The notes under the pieces are model-generated. The model worked only from the letters and a program-made list of their open reading frames with translations, had not been told where the DNA came from and made no database searches. A program made the position numbers and the translations under genes. A stretch of 59,759 nucleotides of DNA, the filler included, from Sphacelaria rigidula (Eukaryota): NCBI GenBank assembly GCA_964200075.2. It is 10 parts of 10 records of this genome, joined end to end, with 100 filler letters (N's around TTAATTAATTAA, not from the genome) between each part and the next. Parts side by side here need not be neighbours in the genome. Positions count along the whole stretch, not along the records: positions 1 to 5,887 come from CAXNAA020023728.1; positions 5,988 to 11,874 come from CAXNAA020023729.1; positions 11,975 to 17,860 come from CAXNAA020023730.1; 7 more parts are not named here. One strand, given 5' to 3'. Of this stretch, positions 1-12,482 are shown one piece after another (positions within the stretch are counted from its first letter, which is position 1; every line of letters starts with the position of its first letter).

Positions 1-58
1 GGGTTCTCATCCTCAATGAAAAGCACCATCCTCAACATAGATGATCGGCTGTTTATAC
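1..58. repeat. Dispersed repeat end found at several contig starts
   Basis: GGGTTCTCATCCTCAAT.AAAAGCACCATCCTCAACATAGATGAT.GGCTG recurs at ~6006-6062 and in degenerate form at ~29963-30020. Confidence 0.8.
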
Positions 59-1107
59 CTGATTCAGGAATCCGCTTTCAATTGTACCTTATACCTGGGC
101 CACCGATCGACCGAGAACGCACCTGTGCTAGGCCATCGCTCTCTACACTGTACCTGATGCGGCATATCGCGCGCAAGGGAGTCTAGGCGCCAACTCCAAC
201 CATGGCGCCCACACAAATTTTTATTTTCCCGCTCATTTGCCGTTCACGGACGCCTCAACGACCACGCCGCTTTCTCCCCGGAAATGGTTCCCGAGTCTCT
301 CCGCATCGACACAATAACTGGATTCACAACTCACAGCGCGTCAGTCTTTCGTGATGCAGGGGGTTGTGGAACACTGTACTGGTGCGATCTCGGGGCTGGT
401 GTCAGGGTCAAGCTAGGTTCTTCCGTCACCAACGGGCGGTTATCGCATCATCGATGGTTGGTCCAAGCAACGGATGCAGTCCTGGCCGTCACGCATATAG
501 AAGTAGGGACATGCCAGTGGTCGTGTTCAGCACTACAGTACAGAGTAACGTGTGCCCAACGAAAACACCCGCGGGACGCACCCATCACGTCTATCGGGGC
601 CATGCATAGCAATCACCAACGGCTAGCGAGAAGCTCGGATTGATACTGTGGTGCTGAACGCTATCACTGTTTTGTCCGTATTTCTGTATGTGTGACGGCC
701 AGTACTGTATCCGTTGCTTGGACCAGCCATCGATGTAAGATGCGACAACTCCCCATTTGCGACGGAAGAGCTTACTAAGCTTGATCCTGACACCAGCCCC
801 GAAATCGCAACAGTCAGTACGGCGTTTTACAACCCCCTGCATCACCAAAGACCGACGCGGGAAGACTCGGGAACCATTTCCGGGGAGAAAGCGGCGTGGT
901 CGTTGTGGCGTCCGTGAACGGCAAATGAGCGGGAAAATAACCAAATGTGTGGGCGCCATGGTTGGAGTTGGCGCCTAGACTCCCTTGCGCACGATATGCC
1001 GCATCAGGTATAGTGAAGAGAGCGATGGCCTAGCATAGGTACGTTCTCGGTCGATTGGTTACCCAGGTATAAGGTACAATCGAAAAAGATTTCCTGAATC
1101 AGGTATA
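54..1107. mobile_element. Foldback/MITE-like non-autonomous DNA element, ~1.05 kb, almost entirely palindromic
   Basis: Begins TATACCTGATTCAGGAA and ends TTCCTGAATCAGGTATA. Arms ~54-545 and ~640-1107 are imperfect reverse complements (e.g. GGCGCCAACTCCAACCATGGCGCCCACACA vs TGTGTGGGCGCCATGGTTGGAGTTGGCGCC). TA at both ends. No credible ORF. Confidence 0.85.
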
Positions 1108-2029
1108 CCTGGCCGAAATTTGGCCTCGAAAGGGGGAGCGATTTCCGGAGGCAAGACGTCCGTTTTCGCGTGGCCATATCTCGCGAGTAACATGCCTTTT
1201 TTCCGTTGTTTCCTCGAAGTCTGGGTGCCAAGGACCCGCCCGAGTGATATGCGTGAAACATTCGGAGCGACAATGATGAAAATGGCGTGTTTTGCTGCTT
1301 TCGCGTTTCTGGCCATTTTTCTTACCTTTCTTGGGCAAAAAACGAGAAGGTATACCTTTTCTAGGCCATTGCAATACGGAAAACGTCAAGAGGCTTTCTG
1401 GGCCTTCGATGCATGCATGGTATCAGTGGAAAATCGACAAAAAAACTCAGCACCGGAATGCCACGTTTTGAGGTATAACTCGACCCCACACATGCCGTTT
1501 TCAATTATGTGTTTTGCGTTAGATTTCCTAGCTGGTGGGAATCACTAAGGTTTGATTCAATATAAGATTGGGTACAAATAGAGTCGGTAATTCGCATTTT
1601 CATTTTCAGAATGATGTGAAGGCCCCCTGACTGGCCGAGAATATCTTCACCACCAGCGCCACGGCAGAGCACGCAAAAAAATAATCTGGCCATCTCACAC
1701 CGTTCGCTTGCTCGATGTGGTTGCTACGATATCAAATATGTTTATGTCGAGTCAGCTTTGCGTCCTGCATATATTTTTTTTCATTCATTATTTTTTATTT
1801 TATTTTTTATTTGTCGTACTTTGAACCCCCCCCCCTTCCTCGGGACGAGTCCGTGGTCTCAAGGGATCAATCCATCTCTCCCCGGTACAAGCCTTGCATT
1901 TTGGTCTCGAGGATTGGGTCATGACTATCAGCACTCCCGCACAGCATCAACTCACGTCACACAATCCCAGTCGACTACTTTGTTTACTCACGTTCTCACG
2001 CTTTCGACGGTGGAAATCACATACTACGA

Positions 2030-2118
2030 AGAAAAAGCCCAACGCATCGGGAATCGAACCCTCATTTTCTCCACCATGATGGCGACAGGCTGACCATGAC
2101 ATCACCGGGGCACGGCGA
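2030..2118 (-). mobile_element. tRNA-derived SINE head (copy of 17773-17860)
   Basis: Reverse complement contains GCCCCGGTGATGTCATGG (A-box-like) and GGTTCGATTCCC (B-box), and aligns with 17773-17860. Confidence 0.65.
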
Positions 2119-2786
2119 CAAGCATATTTAGTGAGGGCATACTTCGGGCATTCTGAACCATCCTGTACGGTTCACAACGTAATCATCACAAGTGATCGGC
2201 CGTCTTTCCTATCGGCGGAAGAAAAAAGGAATGATGAAAATTCAATGACGTTGAAAACAAACGCACGGGCAAGGGATTCCCAGCAGGATGGTAATCACGT
2301 GTAGGTGTGTAGGCATTGCTGCACAGTCGAAACGCGGACCGTATCCCGTACGAGGAGAAGCAGCAGCAGCAGCATTATTACCAGCAGCTGTACACGGTTG
2401 GGATCGAGCTGAATCATACGCAGCCGGTGCCGATACTGCTGCTGCTGCTATGCTCCTCTTTCTCGTGCGAGAGCTGGTCCGCGTTTCGACCATGCGACAA
2501 TGCCCATGCACCTTGCGCGCGATTCCCACCCTACTGGGAATCCCTGGTCCGCGGTACCCGCCGATGGGTCCATCTTTGCTCACTCGGCGAAGTGCTGCGA
2601 GATATAGGTGCACCTTCCTTTGGGAGTTGTGCACGTCGAGAGTGTGGTTCACACGTGGTTATACTACTACTGATGATGGGACAGCCAGCTGTGCGCCCCA
2701 TGAAGAGCCAAACGGCCCACTCGTGACAATCAGCCAACGTCCCTTTCGCATTTTCAACGGGTCGTTGCCCCGTTCTCATTTTTTCA

Positions 2787-4265
2787 AGGGCTAAAGACAG
2801 ACGTGGGTACATCACCTATTGAGTTCGAGAGTAAAAACAGGTAAACGCGCAAGTTGGAGCTGTCCGTGCTAGGCCTAAACCACACAAAAATTAATCCCGG
2901 CGCAAAGGCAGGGCGCCTACAGCCCATACAGAGCGTGTACACCAACTTTCTCGAAAAAGAAGCCCGCTTTAGGGCCAAACAGCACCGCGGGAAACAGGGG
3001 TCTTATAGAGTACCCTATTTTCTCCGACAACGAGGTAAGTATACCCGCCATAAACTACGAACTTGATATTGTAACCTATTTTGTCTAATGCTGTCCCCTA
3101 TAACGTCCAAAGTTTACTGTAACGCGTGGGAGGACGGCGTGCTTAAGGGACCGCATGGGAATATAAATATCCCTATGGTTGGGGTTGGGGTTAGGGTTAG
3201 TGTTTGGGTTAGAGTCAGCGGCGTGATCCCTGCAGGGACTGGCCCGATTGGTTTGAACAACGTCGATCCTGAGGTGTTTTGAACTACGATGCGGTCCCCT
3301 AAGCACGCGGTCCTCCTACGCATTACAGTACCCTTCTTATTCGACCACTATTGGCCTCCCGCAGCCGCTGTCCAACCCACCGCACGTTGAAAATCGAACA
3401 GTCGGAGTACATCATCTCCAACGCTTCACTTGACAGCTTTTTACGACCTGGAGACTCAAGACCCCGCCGTCGGTGACTTCCACCCCAGACAAACGAGAGC
3501 CCTCCGGCAAAGTGATTGACACAGCGCACGACTGTTGGGCGCGTGCGCACGCAAACGGTACAACAAGCTGCGAGATACGGATCAAGTTATTGCGACGTTT
3601 GCCTTGTGTTCCCTGTTTGGCAAGTTGCTGTGCCGTTTGCCTTGTATTCCGTGCTTCGCAAGTCGTGTTGTGCCATTTGCGTTGTGTCCCGTATCTTTCA
3701 ACTTGTTGTTCTGCCGTTTGCGCGCCCGCGCGCCCAACGGTCGTGTGACGTGTCAATCAACCCGGAGGGATCTCACATGTTTGGGGTGAAAATCACCGAC
3801 GGCGGCGTCTCGAATCTCCGTAGACAGAGATGAAAAGCACCGTTGGAGATATTCTTCGGCCCTTCGGTTTTGTGTCGCGCGGTGGTTGGACAGCGGCTGT
3901 AGAAGGTCAATAATGGTCAAATAAGGAGGGTACACTTATTGGACATTATAGGGTACATCACAGGACAAATAGGGCATAAGGGAAATTTCGTAGTTTGCGG
4001 TGGGTATACCTACCACGTTGTCGGACAAAATAGGGACCTCTGCGATGCTCTTGAATCCCTTGGTGCTGTTCGGCCCTGAATCGCGCTCTTTTCCCGCGAG
4101 AGTTGGTGTACATGCTCTGCATGGGCTGTGGGCGCCTTACCTTTTTTCGGGATTTGTTTTTTAGTGATTCGGGCGTAGCACGGATACCTCCAATTTTCGC
4201 GTGTACCTGCACTTTAGTTTTGGGCGGAAATGGATGGTGTTGTGCCCACTTCTGTCTTTTGCCCT
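2787..4265. mobile_element. Large diverged foldback element (~1.5 kb) with a MITE nested in its left arm
   Basis: AGGGCTAAAGACAGACGTGGGTACATCACC at the left end pairs with GGTGTTGTGCCCACTTCTGTCTTTTGCCCT at the right end. Inner arms ~3330-3570 and ~3700-3935 are also complementary. Confidence 0.8.
3117..3328. mobile_element. 212-bp MITE with TA target-site duplication (Tc1/mariner-type signature) and internal telomere-like repeats
   Basis: TA-[CTGTAACGCGTGGGAGGACGGCGTGCTTAAGGGACCGCAT ... ATGCGGTCCCCTAAGCACGCGGTCCTCCTACGCATTACAG]-TA. Internal GGGTTGGGGTTAGGGTTAG. The insert is absent from the opposite foldback arm. A second copy lies at 11695-11874. Confidence 0.88.
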
Positions 4266-4277
4266 CTTCCTAATTCC

Positions 4278-4487
4278 AAAATCGAGTTTCGGAAAACGCT
4301 TATTTTGTCATTCCGGGGTGCAACTATCTCAGGATCAGAGTGCATAAAATTGAAACACCTCATCGGAGGAAATTCAAAGGGATACGACGTTTGACGGAGG
4401 GGGAAATATTGTTTTCGTTACACTCTGATCCTGAGATATTTGCAGTCTGAAATGACAAAAAAAGCGTTTTCCGAAACTCTCTGATTT
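4278..4487. mobile_element. Short MITE-like inverted repeat
   Basis: GAGTTTCGGAAAACGCTT...TATCTCAGGATCAGAGTG pairs with CACTCTGATCCTGAGATA...AAGCGTTTTCCGAAACTC (~65-bp arms). Confidence 0.7.
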
Positions 4488-4489
4488 CT

Positions 4490-5250
4490 AATTTCTACTG
4501 TAAGTGGCCAGAGTCGATTATGCAATTCCGAGGCGTGCGATAATGTCCGCAAGATCTCCGAACAACGTGTCGCTCCTTGCTTGCCCAAATTCATCTTCTG
4601 CCATGGTAGAAACGGGCGTATGGCATACAATCTCCGCGGGATTTCACTACGCGACCAGCGAGATGGCGCGTCGGTGATAATGCTGTCGGCACCTGTGATG
4701 TGTTGCGCCTTGTGACACCAATCGCCCCTCAGTTCGAGCATCCCAAGCAGGCGCATTCAAGCCGCCGCTCGTGGATTCGGACACTCCTACAACGGTCGAT
4801 CCAGGCGATCGATGCTGCATTGTTCCCATTCAAATATGCCGAATCGTCTCCCGCTGTGGGCTAGTCATCCCTGACTACGATCATGGTCCAAGCTGCCATT
4901 ACTATTGCCAAATGTTCCCGTAATTTGATATCAATTGTGTTATTTCAGGTGCATTGCCGATTTGCTTGCGTGCGCGCATGCTCCTCGGGTGCTGGGTCAT
5001 ACCGCCTCCAGACGGCAAGCGCAGGACAGGACCCACATATAGCCCGCAGGGATGCGTTCGATATCCTGTGCCGTATTGGTGGTCGAGACATGTGGCCGAA
5101 TATTGGTGGGCACAAAGGCATCCCCCACTTCAGCAGATTGCGCATGATGGCCTCTGTCTACCATGTGAGGTCGTGGTGAAATAATACCGATCATTTCACC
5201 TGCTGTCCACTGCGCTGTGTTGGCACATCGTGGTCCTCGTAAGCCCTGCC
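4490..5250 (-). pseudogene. Degenerate RNase H region of a DIRS/Ngaro-like retrotransposon
   Basis: Broken-frame peptides ISNAS..AICG.C...VWRRYD, LAIVMAAWTMIV, GNNAASIAWIDRC and MRLLGMLELRGDWCHKAQHITGADSIITDAPSRW. These resemble the DIRS-type RNase H motifs (xDAS; DNxxA; H(V/I)xGxxNxxADxxSR). Contains stops and frameshifts. Confidence 0.7.
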
Positions 5251-5887
5251 GTCTAGACTAGAAATGAATAAGAGGCTCCAGGGATAACATTCCCCCGGTC
5301 TAACAGCTCTTGCAATGTGTTCGGCGAGTCGCATGAAGGGTGAGCTGCATCCTGCTAAGATTGTTCGGCCCGAAGCCTACTGATTATCTTGAATTTGGAT
5401 GAGAGCCTACAATGAGTTGCTTTAATGTGTGGTATCGTCACTTCCAGAGACAGCCACGGCTTATACACGGCCTCGTGGATGTCTCACCATTTAAACACTG
5501 CGTGGTACGATCATCTCCGTCGTACGGAGTTGAGGTTCTCTCACGCCTCACAACATGATCTAGCTCGACTAGCATCATGGTGACCGCAAAAAAAACGCAA
5601 GGGCGAAAAAAAAGCGGTAACCTGGTGGCCTAGCTTACGCAGTGAGTGGCGTGTTTTATAGTGTAATCGCCAACCAACGCCAACCCCATCGGGGATCCGC
5701 CCCTACAAAGCTGGGGCGGAGCACGCCGGGTTCTCGCCGGACCAGGCTGAAGAGCTGCGAGACGGGGGGGCGTACTCATGATCATGCAAGCCATAGTCAT
5801 CCGGCCATTGACCTTGCATCCCCACAAGGCCGGGACGGAGCACGCCGGGTTTTCGCCGGACCAGCCTTGCACTCAATCACCAAGCGC

Positions 5888-5987
5888 NNNNNNNNNNNNN
5901 NNNNNNNNNNNNNNNNNNNNNNNNNNNNNNNTTAATTAATTAANNNNNNNNNNNNNNNNNNNNNNNNNNNNNNNNNNNNNNNNNNNN
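5888..5987. other. Artificial contig-join spacer (44N-TTAATTAATTAA-44N). The same spacer occurs at 11875-11974, 17861-17960, 23847-23946, 29833-29932, 35819-35918, 41805-41904, 47790-47889 and 53775-53874
   Basis: Identical 100-bp spacer with stops in all six frames recurs every ~5986 bp. The segments between spacers shrink from 5887 to 5885 bp, as expected for length-sorted contigs. Confidence 0.98.
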
Positions 5988-8900
5988 CGAAGATTTTAAT
6001 CCTCCGGGTTCTCATCCTCAATCAAAAGCACCATCCTCAACATAGATGATTGGCTGTTATACGAAGCGATTCATACAGCCTGAAACCAAACATCAGGCGC
6101 TGTATAAATATTTTCTTCGTGGCAATTTTGGGCTGATTTTTAGGGGGGGGCTATCGCAGAAAGTGACGGAGGTCTAGTCGGGGTGCATGAGGTCGTCAAT
6201 ATGAGAGTCATCTATCATAAAATCAGGTCAGGGAAAGTACTGTTTTGGAGTTGAACATTATTTTCATGTTAAAGCCCATTCCTCAGGATTCTCTGTTCAT
6301 ACCTTTTTCAAGTGAATTTTATGCTGATTCATCAAAAGACTTACTCTCGCCATCCAAGCATAAATGCATTAAACGCGAAAGCCTCAAGAACGTGACCACG
6401 GATATACCTCTAGGGTAGTTTCAGGGTTTCGTGTGTGGCTGAAGGGAAAATAAACGAGGAGTGTGATATGATAAGCCATGACCCCGCGGCACGGAAGATA
6501 CCAATAACTTACTTTACCCATTTAGCCACGTCGCCAGTGTTTCAGGTCAACCCTTCTGGGACCGAGCTTTTGCTAACCAGGGGTAAGGACCTGGTTTGCA
6601 CGCTAGGTCCATTTGTGGATCGAGATCATTTCCTGTTCAGTTTTCAAGGGAGAATAATGGCGATTTTACAATTCGTTCTCACCCCCGATTAGTCCACTCC
6701 GGCTTCAAAAGGCCTAATTAGGAGGCGACTTAATTATTTTTTTATGGCCTTCTATATCCGGTGACTGGGGCACCCAACCTCTTTTACACCCTATAACAGC
6801 AATGTAACCCTTTGACCTCCAGAATAGCTCGTCTATTAAATCGGCATCCCCTTTACTAAAAAACACACTGCGTGACCGAAACGATCCAATGTGGCCCACC
6901 AACTATTGGGGACAGCTTAAGCAACAGACAGGGAGGTTAGTTTATCTAGATCGATGTATATCTCTCCAAAATGAAAGTGGTGCGGATGCAACAGATGACC
7001 TACTGTCGCCGACGAAGGACAGAAATCCGGGTATGTCACTCTGTTCGTCTGTGCATTGCGTTAGTACGACACCATGTGTAGGACAACTGGGAATATATTG
7101 CGGAAGGCATTTACCGATAACACAACCTGGGATCATAAGCGTGAACCAGTCAGTACCTCGGGCGGTGGAAGAGTGAGGATCAGGACGTTGCACCACGAGC
7201 CGTCGCCTAAAAAAGCAGGAAATCCCGCATCTGCGTGTCACACCATAACTTATGAAGTCTGCCAAATCAGCCATACTTGAGTATATCGGTGTGACCTGTT
7301 GACCAACGTGGTAACGCACAGGACCGCCGCTGACTGAAAAAAGAATCGAAACAAAATGTATTGCACAATGTATCACCTAGCCGGCGGAACGACAAAAAAA
7401 AGGAATGCGTCGGGATTCGAACTCGTGACCTCCACAACTGGAGTCGACTGCATCACTTGGGTGAAAGAAGCGCAGTCGTGCCATACTAAAAGTTGGATGC
7501 TGCGCCAAATTTCTGGAATGTTTGGCCGAAATTGAACCAGAATCTCCTCCACACGAAGGCGCACAACTACACTGGGGATGCCCCCGTACTTTTCTATTTC
7601 CACTGAGAGACATAATGTTTCTAGTTTTTGCAGAAGATTCAAATCGCTCTAACTTCCCGTCATTTTTATCTTCTTGGCATCTCCGAGAAGGTTGTACGTA
7701 GTGATGATAAAAATAGTGTGTTGAAATTTCAGCGCCGAACGCTTCGGATTACCCACCGCCCGGCTCGGATACATTCCCAAATCACTGTCAGCTGGCCCAG
7801 CTCGTACATGTTTCGCGAGCTCGCCGGTGCTTGCGGCTCCCCCATTGGATCCGGGGTTTTGATTATAATATGAAAGCGCCTCGAAGAATCAGAGAAGGAA
7901 ATTGTATGTCGGGATGTGTTGCAAGTCACGATTTCTGGCCCTGGTTTAGCCAGCGCCCGCCGCCAGGTGCTGCGTTCTCCCAAAATCTACAACCCATCTT
8001 CGAAGAAGACTTACACGAATGCTGCAACTTTTGTATGGGGGGCAAATGTGAGCAAGAGCATCGCCCCCCCACAATATGAACGCACACCGATATTTGCGAA
8101 CATGGTCTTCCCTGGCATATACGCGGAAAGGGACAACCTACTTTGGCATGCTACACCGCACGCCCTCGTGCGCGTCGAAAATTCCACTCCAGTTACATGA
8201 CGGAGCACGGAGGCGCACTCCAATCACGCCAGCCGTGGTTCGAAAGGGGATTTGCCGGTGAAAAACGTTTCTTATGTTTCCCCCTCGTAAGCATCCCGCA
8301 TGAGGACGATATGCTCTACAGGGAACTTACTCAGGAAGTCCACCCTATGTGCTGCCTTCACCGTCGCCAGCAAGGACCTGACTCTCCAACATATCTTCAC
8401 ATAGCCCTCACACCGTAGCCATGGAAAAAACAACTGCGAGGTGCACCTGAAGAGGCTGCGCCAGAACGGATTCCGCTCCGACGTCGATCGACAGCAGGCT
8501 ACGACAGGCGCCTGCAACCGCATAATCGCACGGCAAGGACACGTGGTAGACCCTTTGTCACCAACTCCGTCACAAAAGCCGCAAAAATCTACATCCAGTA
8601 CCCTAACCATCGCTTCAAACACAGGTGACTAATTCGCTCAATAGTTGGGAACGAACACCGAACCCAACCAGGCGCCAGTCCGAGCTTCTGTACGTCATCC
8701 GCGACACCCCTCGGCGCCCATCCCTCCGGTCACCTGACCGGATAGGCACCACTGACGGCAAGCACGGGACAATGCAGTCGAAAGATGGAACGAGCGTTGT
8801 CTCGTCTTCAAATTCTGCATCACAGGTGTTACACGTGAGCAGGGTACCGACAGGATCGGAGTCGCCCAACGATGTGCGACGTGATTTCGCCCTAGTCTGT

Positions 8901-11399
8901 TGCCGTGTGGAGGCGCACAGGGGGGGGGGAGGGGAGGGGGTGCAACATGAAGAAACGTACCGCGACTCGAAATTCGATACCGCGTGTCCAGTCGAGATTA
9001 TCTACGTATATGGTACTTGCCCTTTCAACTGTTCGCTTTGTAATTTTTTCGTAATTGGCACTTTTGATGAGGCTGTATCGCTTGCCATCGCTCATGACGA
9101 TGAGGATCTGAAGATACTTGTATCGACTGTGTGCTCCGATAGGACATATCAATCTGTACTCGATACTCGGTGATTTACGGGCTGGCCGATGACGGGGGGT
9201 CTTGCACCCTTCAGCCGAGATTGTGACCCTCCGGTATACTCGATCGATCGACCCTGTCCCGGTCGTATTTGTGAAGCTATGTGTGAAGCAATGTACGGGT
9301 TCGTGTTTTTGAATTTGTACCTACATATCACACCATAGCCGAGGGGCTGTATTTCACGGTCAGTAACACCCTTCAAAGTGACAGGGTGCCTACGTATTTC
9401 GCCCGATTACACCATACAGCACCAACGACAATGTTTTCGTGAGATGGAGAGTAGAGCGTCGATTGAGAGTGGGTTTGATCACTCGCTTTACCTCAACCAA
9501 ATTCTCAATATGTTTGTGCTGTTCTTCGCCTGTAACACTGGCGTGTGCTTACAGCTACATATCGATATCGTACTCAAAATATCAAGGGCTTCAGTGGGAA
9601 GAAACTGCAGGTAGCATATCGGGCCTTATGAAGGGATATTTCGGAACGGAGACTCTTCATTCAGTAATTTACCGCTTTTCGTTCTCAATCGTATCCTCTC
9701 CTTTCAATGACACGAAAGCGCTGTTTATTTCGGACACTTTGTTTTTGAGACGGCCTGTTCAGTTTATGAACATCTATCGACGCCAGCACTCTAGAGTTCT
9801 ATCGGAGAGTACCATGGTAGAAAACTCCCAACACAACTCTCAACACTTCAGGCGCCCACAACCGTGTAGTTGTCAACATATTACGTAAGACACACTGATG
9901 TTCGAGGGAATATCGCACCGACAAAGGTGTGCCCCCTTTTCGACACAATCTCGAGTACGGCGGCAGGCCATAAAAGGTATCTTGTGCATGATAATGGAGG
10001 GGCGCCCCTCACCGGAGTGGTAGCACCATGTACTTCATCCTCGGGTGACTACTGCCCTCTCCGGCGACCTTCCTCGCAGGGCGTGTTCATGTAGACAGAC
10101 CTGGAGGTGAGTTGCAAACGTCAGCGGGTGAGGACGGATACCATGAATCTTCCAACTGCCGGGGCCGTCTACCGATACGTTCACCACGGCAATTGCCAAC
10201 ACACAGAAGTACCCTATTACGGAACCCAGCCATATAGTACAGTACAGGACAGATATGTGATGGACAGAAAAATACAATGCAGTAAAGGATAGAAGTGCAC
10301 ATGTTGATATCGAATAGTACATGAAAGTGGACCGTGCACGCCACTTTACAGTCCGGTGCAGCGAAGTAGAAAGCAGTCCAGTGCCTTACAGAATAACACA
10401 GGGCAGCACCGTAGTGGGCGGTTCGCGATCGTTTTCAGTACATGACACCGGAGTGGATTACAGTCGATTACTGCACCCAACACCATCGGGCCGCACGCCA
10501 CAGCGTGTTCTCACATGCCCTCGCACACGACCCCTCACGTGATCGCGGACCACCCTAATCAGTACAGGACAACACATTACAACACAGTCGAGTGCAGCAG
10601 ACGACGGCACGCGGCTCCACAAGAAAGCGTCTTGTGTACAGTACTGTACTGTCGCCCGACAGTAAACCGCACCGGAACGTGCGGTTAGCTCTACCGTACA
10701 TGACGGTACACTACATGACACTCGAGTATAGACACAACGGCACAGCCCAGCACGCAACAATGACCTGTGTGTCGCTATCCTATCACATACCGTACTGGAT
10801 CGTGCTGAACGGGTTTAGAGTTCTGCGGTACAATGCTGTAACACTCGAGTACAGTACACAGCATGACAGGGCGGTGCGATGGATCATCAGCTTTTATACT
10901 GGAATTTATCTGCAGTTTGCTGCCCCCGCCTACCCCCAGACATTCTCGCGGTCACTCGCGTCTGGTTGGCCCGCTCCCACACGAATCGATATCGTTTTGT
11001 TTCAGATGAATTCGATGCGTCATAGACTACCCCATGCACACCGTGCGGCCTAAGAACTCCTGGCGTGGCCGTCATCGGTCTGCGTACCACCACGCGACAT
11101 TCCGGCCACGAGGAACCCATACAGAGCAACACCGTTCAGACCGCCCGATGCAGGAACTATTTACCTTCTCACCCGAAAACTAGCAGCGACACTCCGCCTT
11201 GAACGAAGCGTTCCACCGGTACCGCCTGTTGGATATGTGCTCCTTCGTGTAGGGCTGGTCACCCATGCGAGCTGCAGGCACTTTGCAGCTGGTGCTAGCT
11301 CATTTCGTGTACAATGGTTCTTGCACGCGGGCTGGTTCCGAAAACATATATATTTTTTTAACGGCGCAACACTGGTGAAGCGTACTGTATGGCGCAAAA

Positions 11400-11492
11400 G
11401 AATACCCTACAGTCAAAGCCCCGCGAGAAACACGGCACAGTTTCCCTGAACCCTGTAGACGTGCCCCTCAGGGTGCTATCTGTCCACGTGTG
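11400..11492. mobile_element. Terminus of the CAC-ended DNA transposon family seen at 54644-57303
   Basis: CAGGGTGCTATCTGTCCACGTGTG matches the TIR at ~57280-57303. Confidence 0.7.
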
Positions 11493-11694
11493 CAACTAAT
11501 GCGGTGTATACCTGTGTCGATGGCGACGCTACCGGAGGAAAAATGGTGGAGAGGAAGCGCCTCGCTCGTGCCTTTGGTGCCTTCGTTCGGCGATTCGTAA
11601 TGGGTGGAGAGATTGACATTATGTTATCACGGCGTAAATATATTTCCAGCCCTTTCTTCGTCACAAAAACGGCGGGCGGTTTGTTATCAGCCCC

Positions 11695-11874
11695 CCTGTA
11701 ATGCGTGAGAGGACCGCGTGCTTAGAGGACCGCGCGGTAGTTCAAAACACCCCAGCATCGACGTTTTTCAGAACCAATCGGGTCAGCCCCTGGAGGTACC
11801 ACGCCCCTGACCATAACCCTAACGCTAACCCTGACCCTAACCCTAACCATAGAGATGTTCAAATTCCGATGCGG
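11695..11874. mobile_element. Truncated inverted copy of the telomere-repeat MITE
   Basis: CTGTAATGCGTGAGAGGACCGCGTGCTTAG terminus and CCCTAACCCTAACC interior match the reverse complement of 3117-3328. Cut off by the contig end. Confidence 0.85.
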
Positions 11875-12047
11875 NNNNNNNNNNNNNNNNNNNNNNNNNN
11901 NNNNNNNNNNNNNNNNNNTTAATTAATTAANNNNNNNNNNNNNNNNNNNNNNNNNNNNNNNNNNNNNNNNNNNNGGTATGAGATGTACCAAATACCGGTA
12001 CCGGGTACCTACCTTACCTACGGTGCCTGTGGAGAATATGTACCTTC

Positions 12048-12482
12048 CAGTAGATAACAGTGGATTCTCGGAAATGGGGTTGAAAAAAAATGAGGTTCAA
12101 CTCAAAAGCCGTGCTTTCCCTGACCTAAATTCATGAATGGCTTGTATATAGACCACCCCATCCCTCCCGACCTCCCTCAAACTATTTCGAGCGATTTCTA
12201 GCCTACCATTCCCCCCCAAAGGGTATGTGCGACAGCACGATTTCGGGGACGAAAAACGTCCTTTTTCACCCCGAAATTGAGGCAAAAATGTGCTTTCGCA
12301 CAAACCCTTTAAGGGAATGGAAGGCTAGACTTCCCCCGATATGGTTTTAGGGAGGTCGGGAAGGATGGGGTGGTCCATATGAAAGTCATTTGTCATAAAT
12401 TTTGGTCAGGGAATGCGCGGCTTTTGAGTTGAACCCCATTTTTTTTTCAACCCCAATTTCGAGAATCCATTGTTCGATACTG
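12048..12482. mobile_element. Foldback MITE, ~435 bp
   Basis: CAGTAGATAACAGTGGATTCTCGGAAATGGGGTTGAAAAAAAATG pairs with CATTTTTTTTTCAACCCCAATTTCGAGAATCCATTGTTCGATACTG. Arms ~200 bp. TC on both flanks (possible 2-bp TSD). Confidence 0.82.

Noticed and set aside
5888..5987. Regularly spaced TTAATTAATTAA motif every ~6 kb
   Set aside because: Artificial six-frame-stop linker within N padding. It is not biological, and no synteny can be inferred across it.
11810..11850. Telomere at a contig end
   Set aside because: The CCCTAA repeats are short, degenerate and internal to a MITE also found at 3117-3328.
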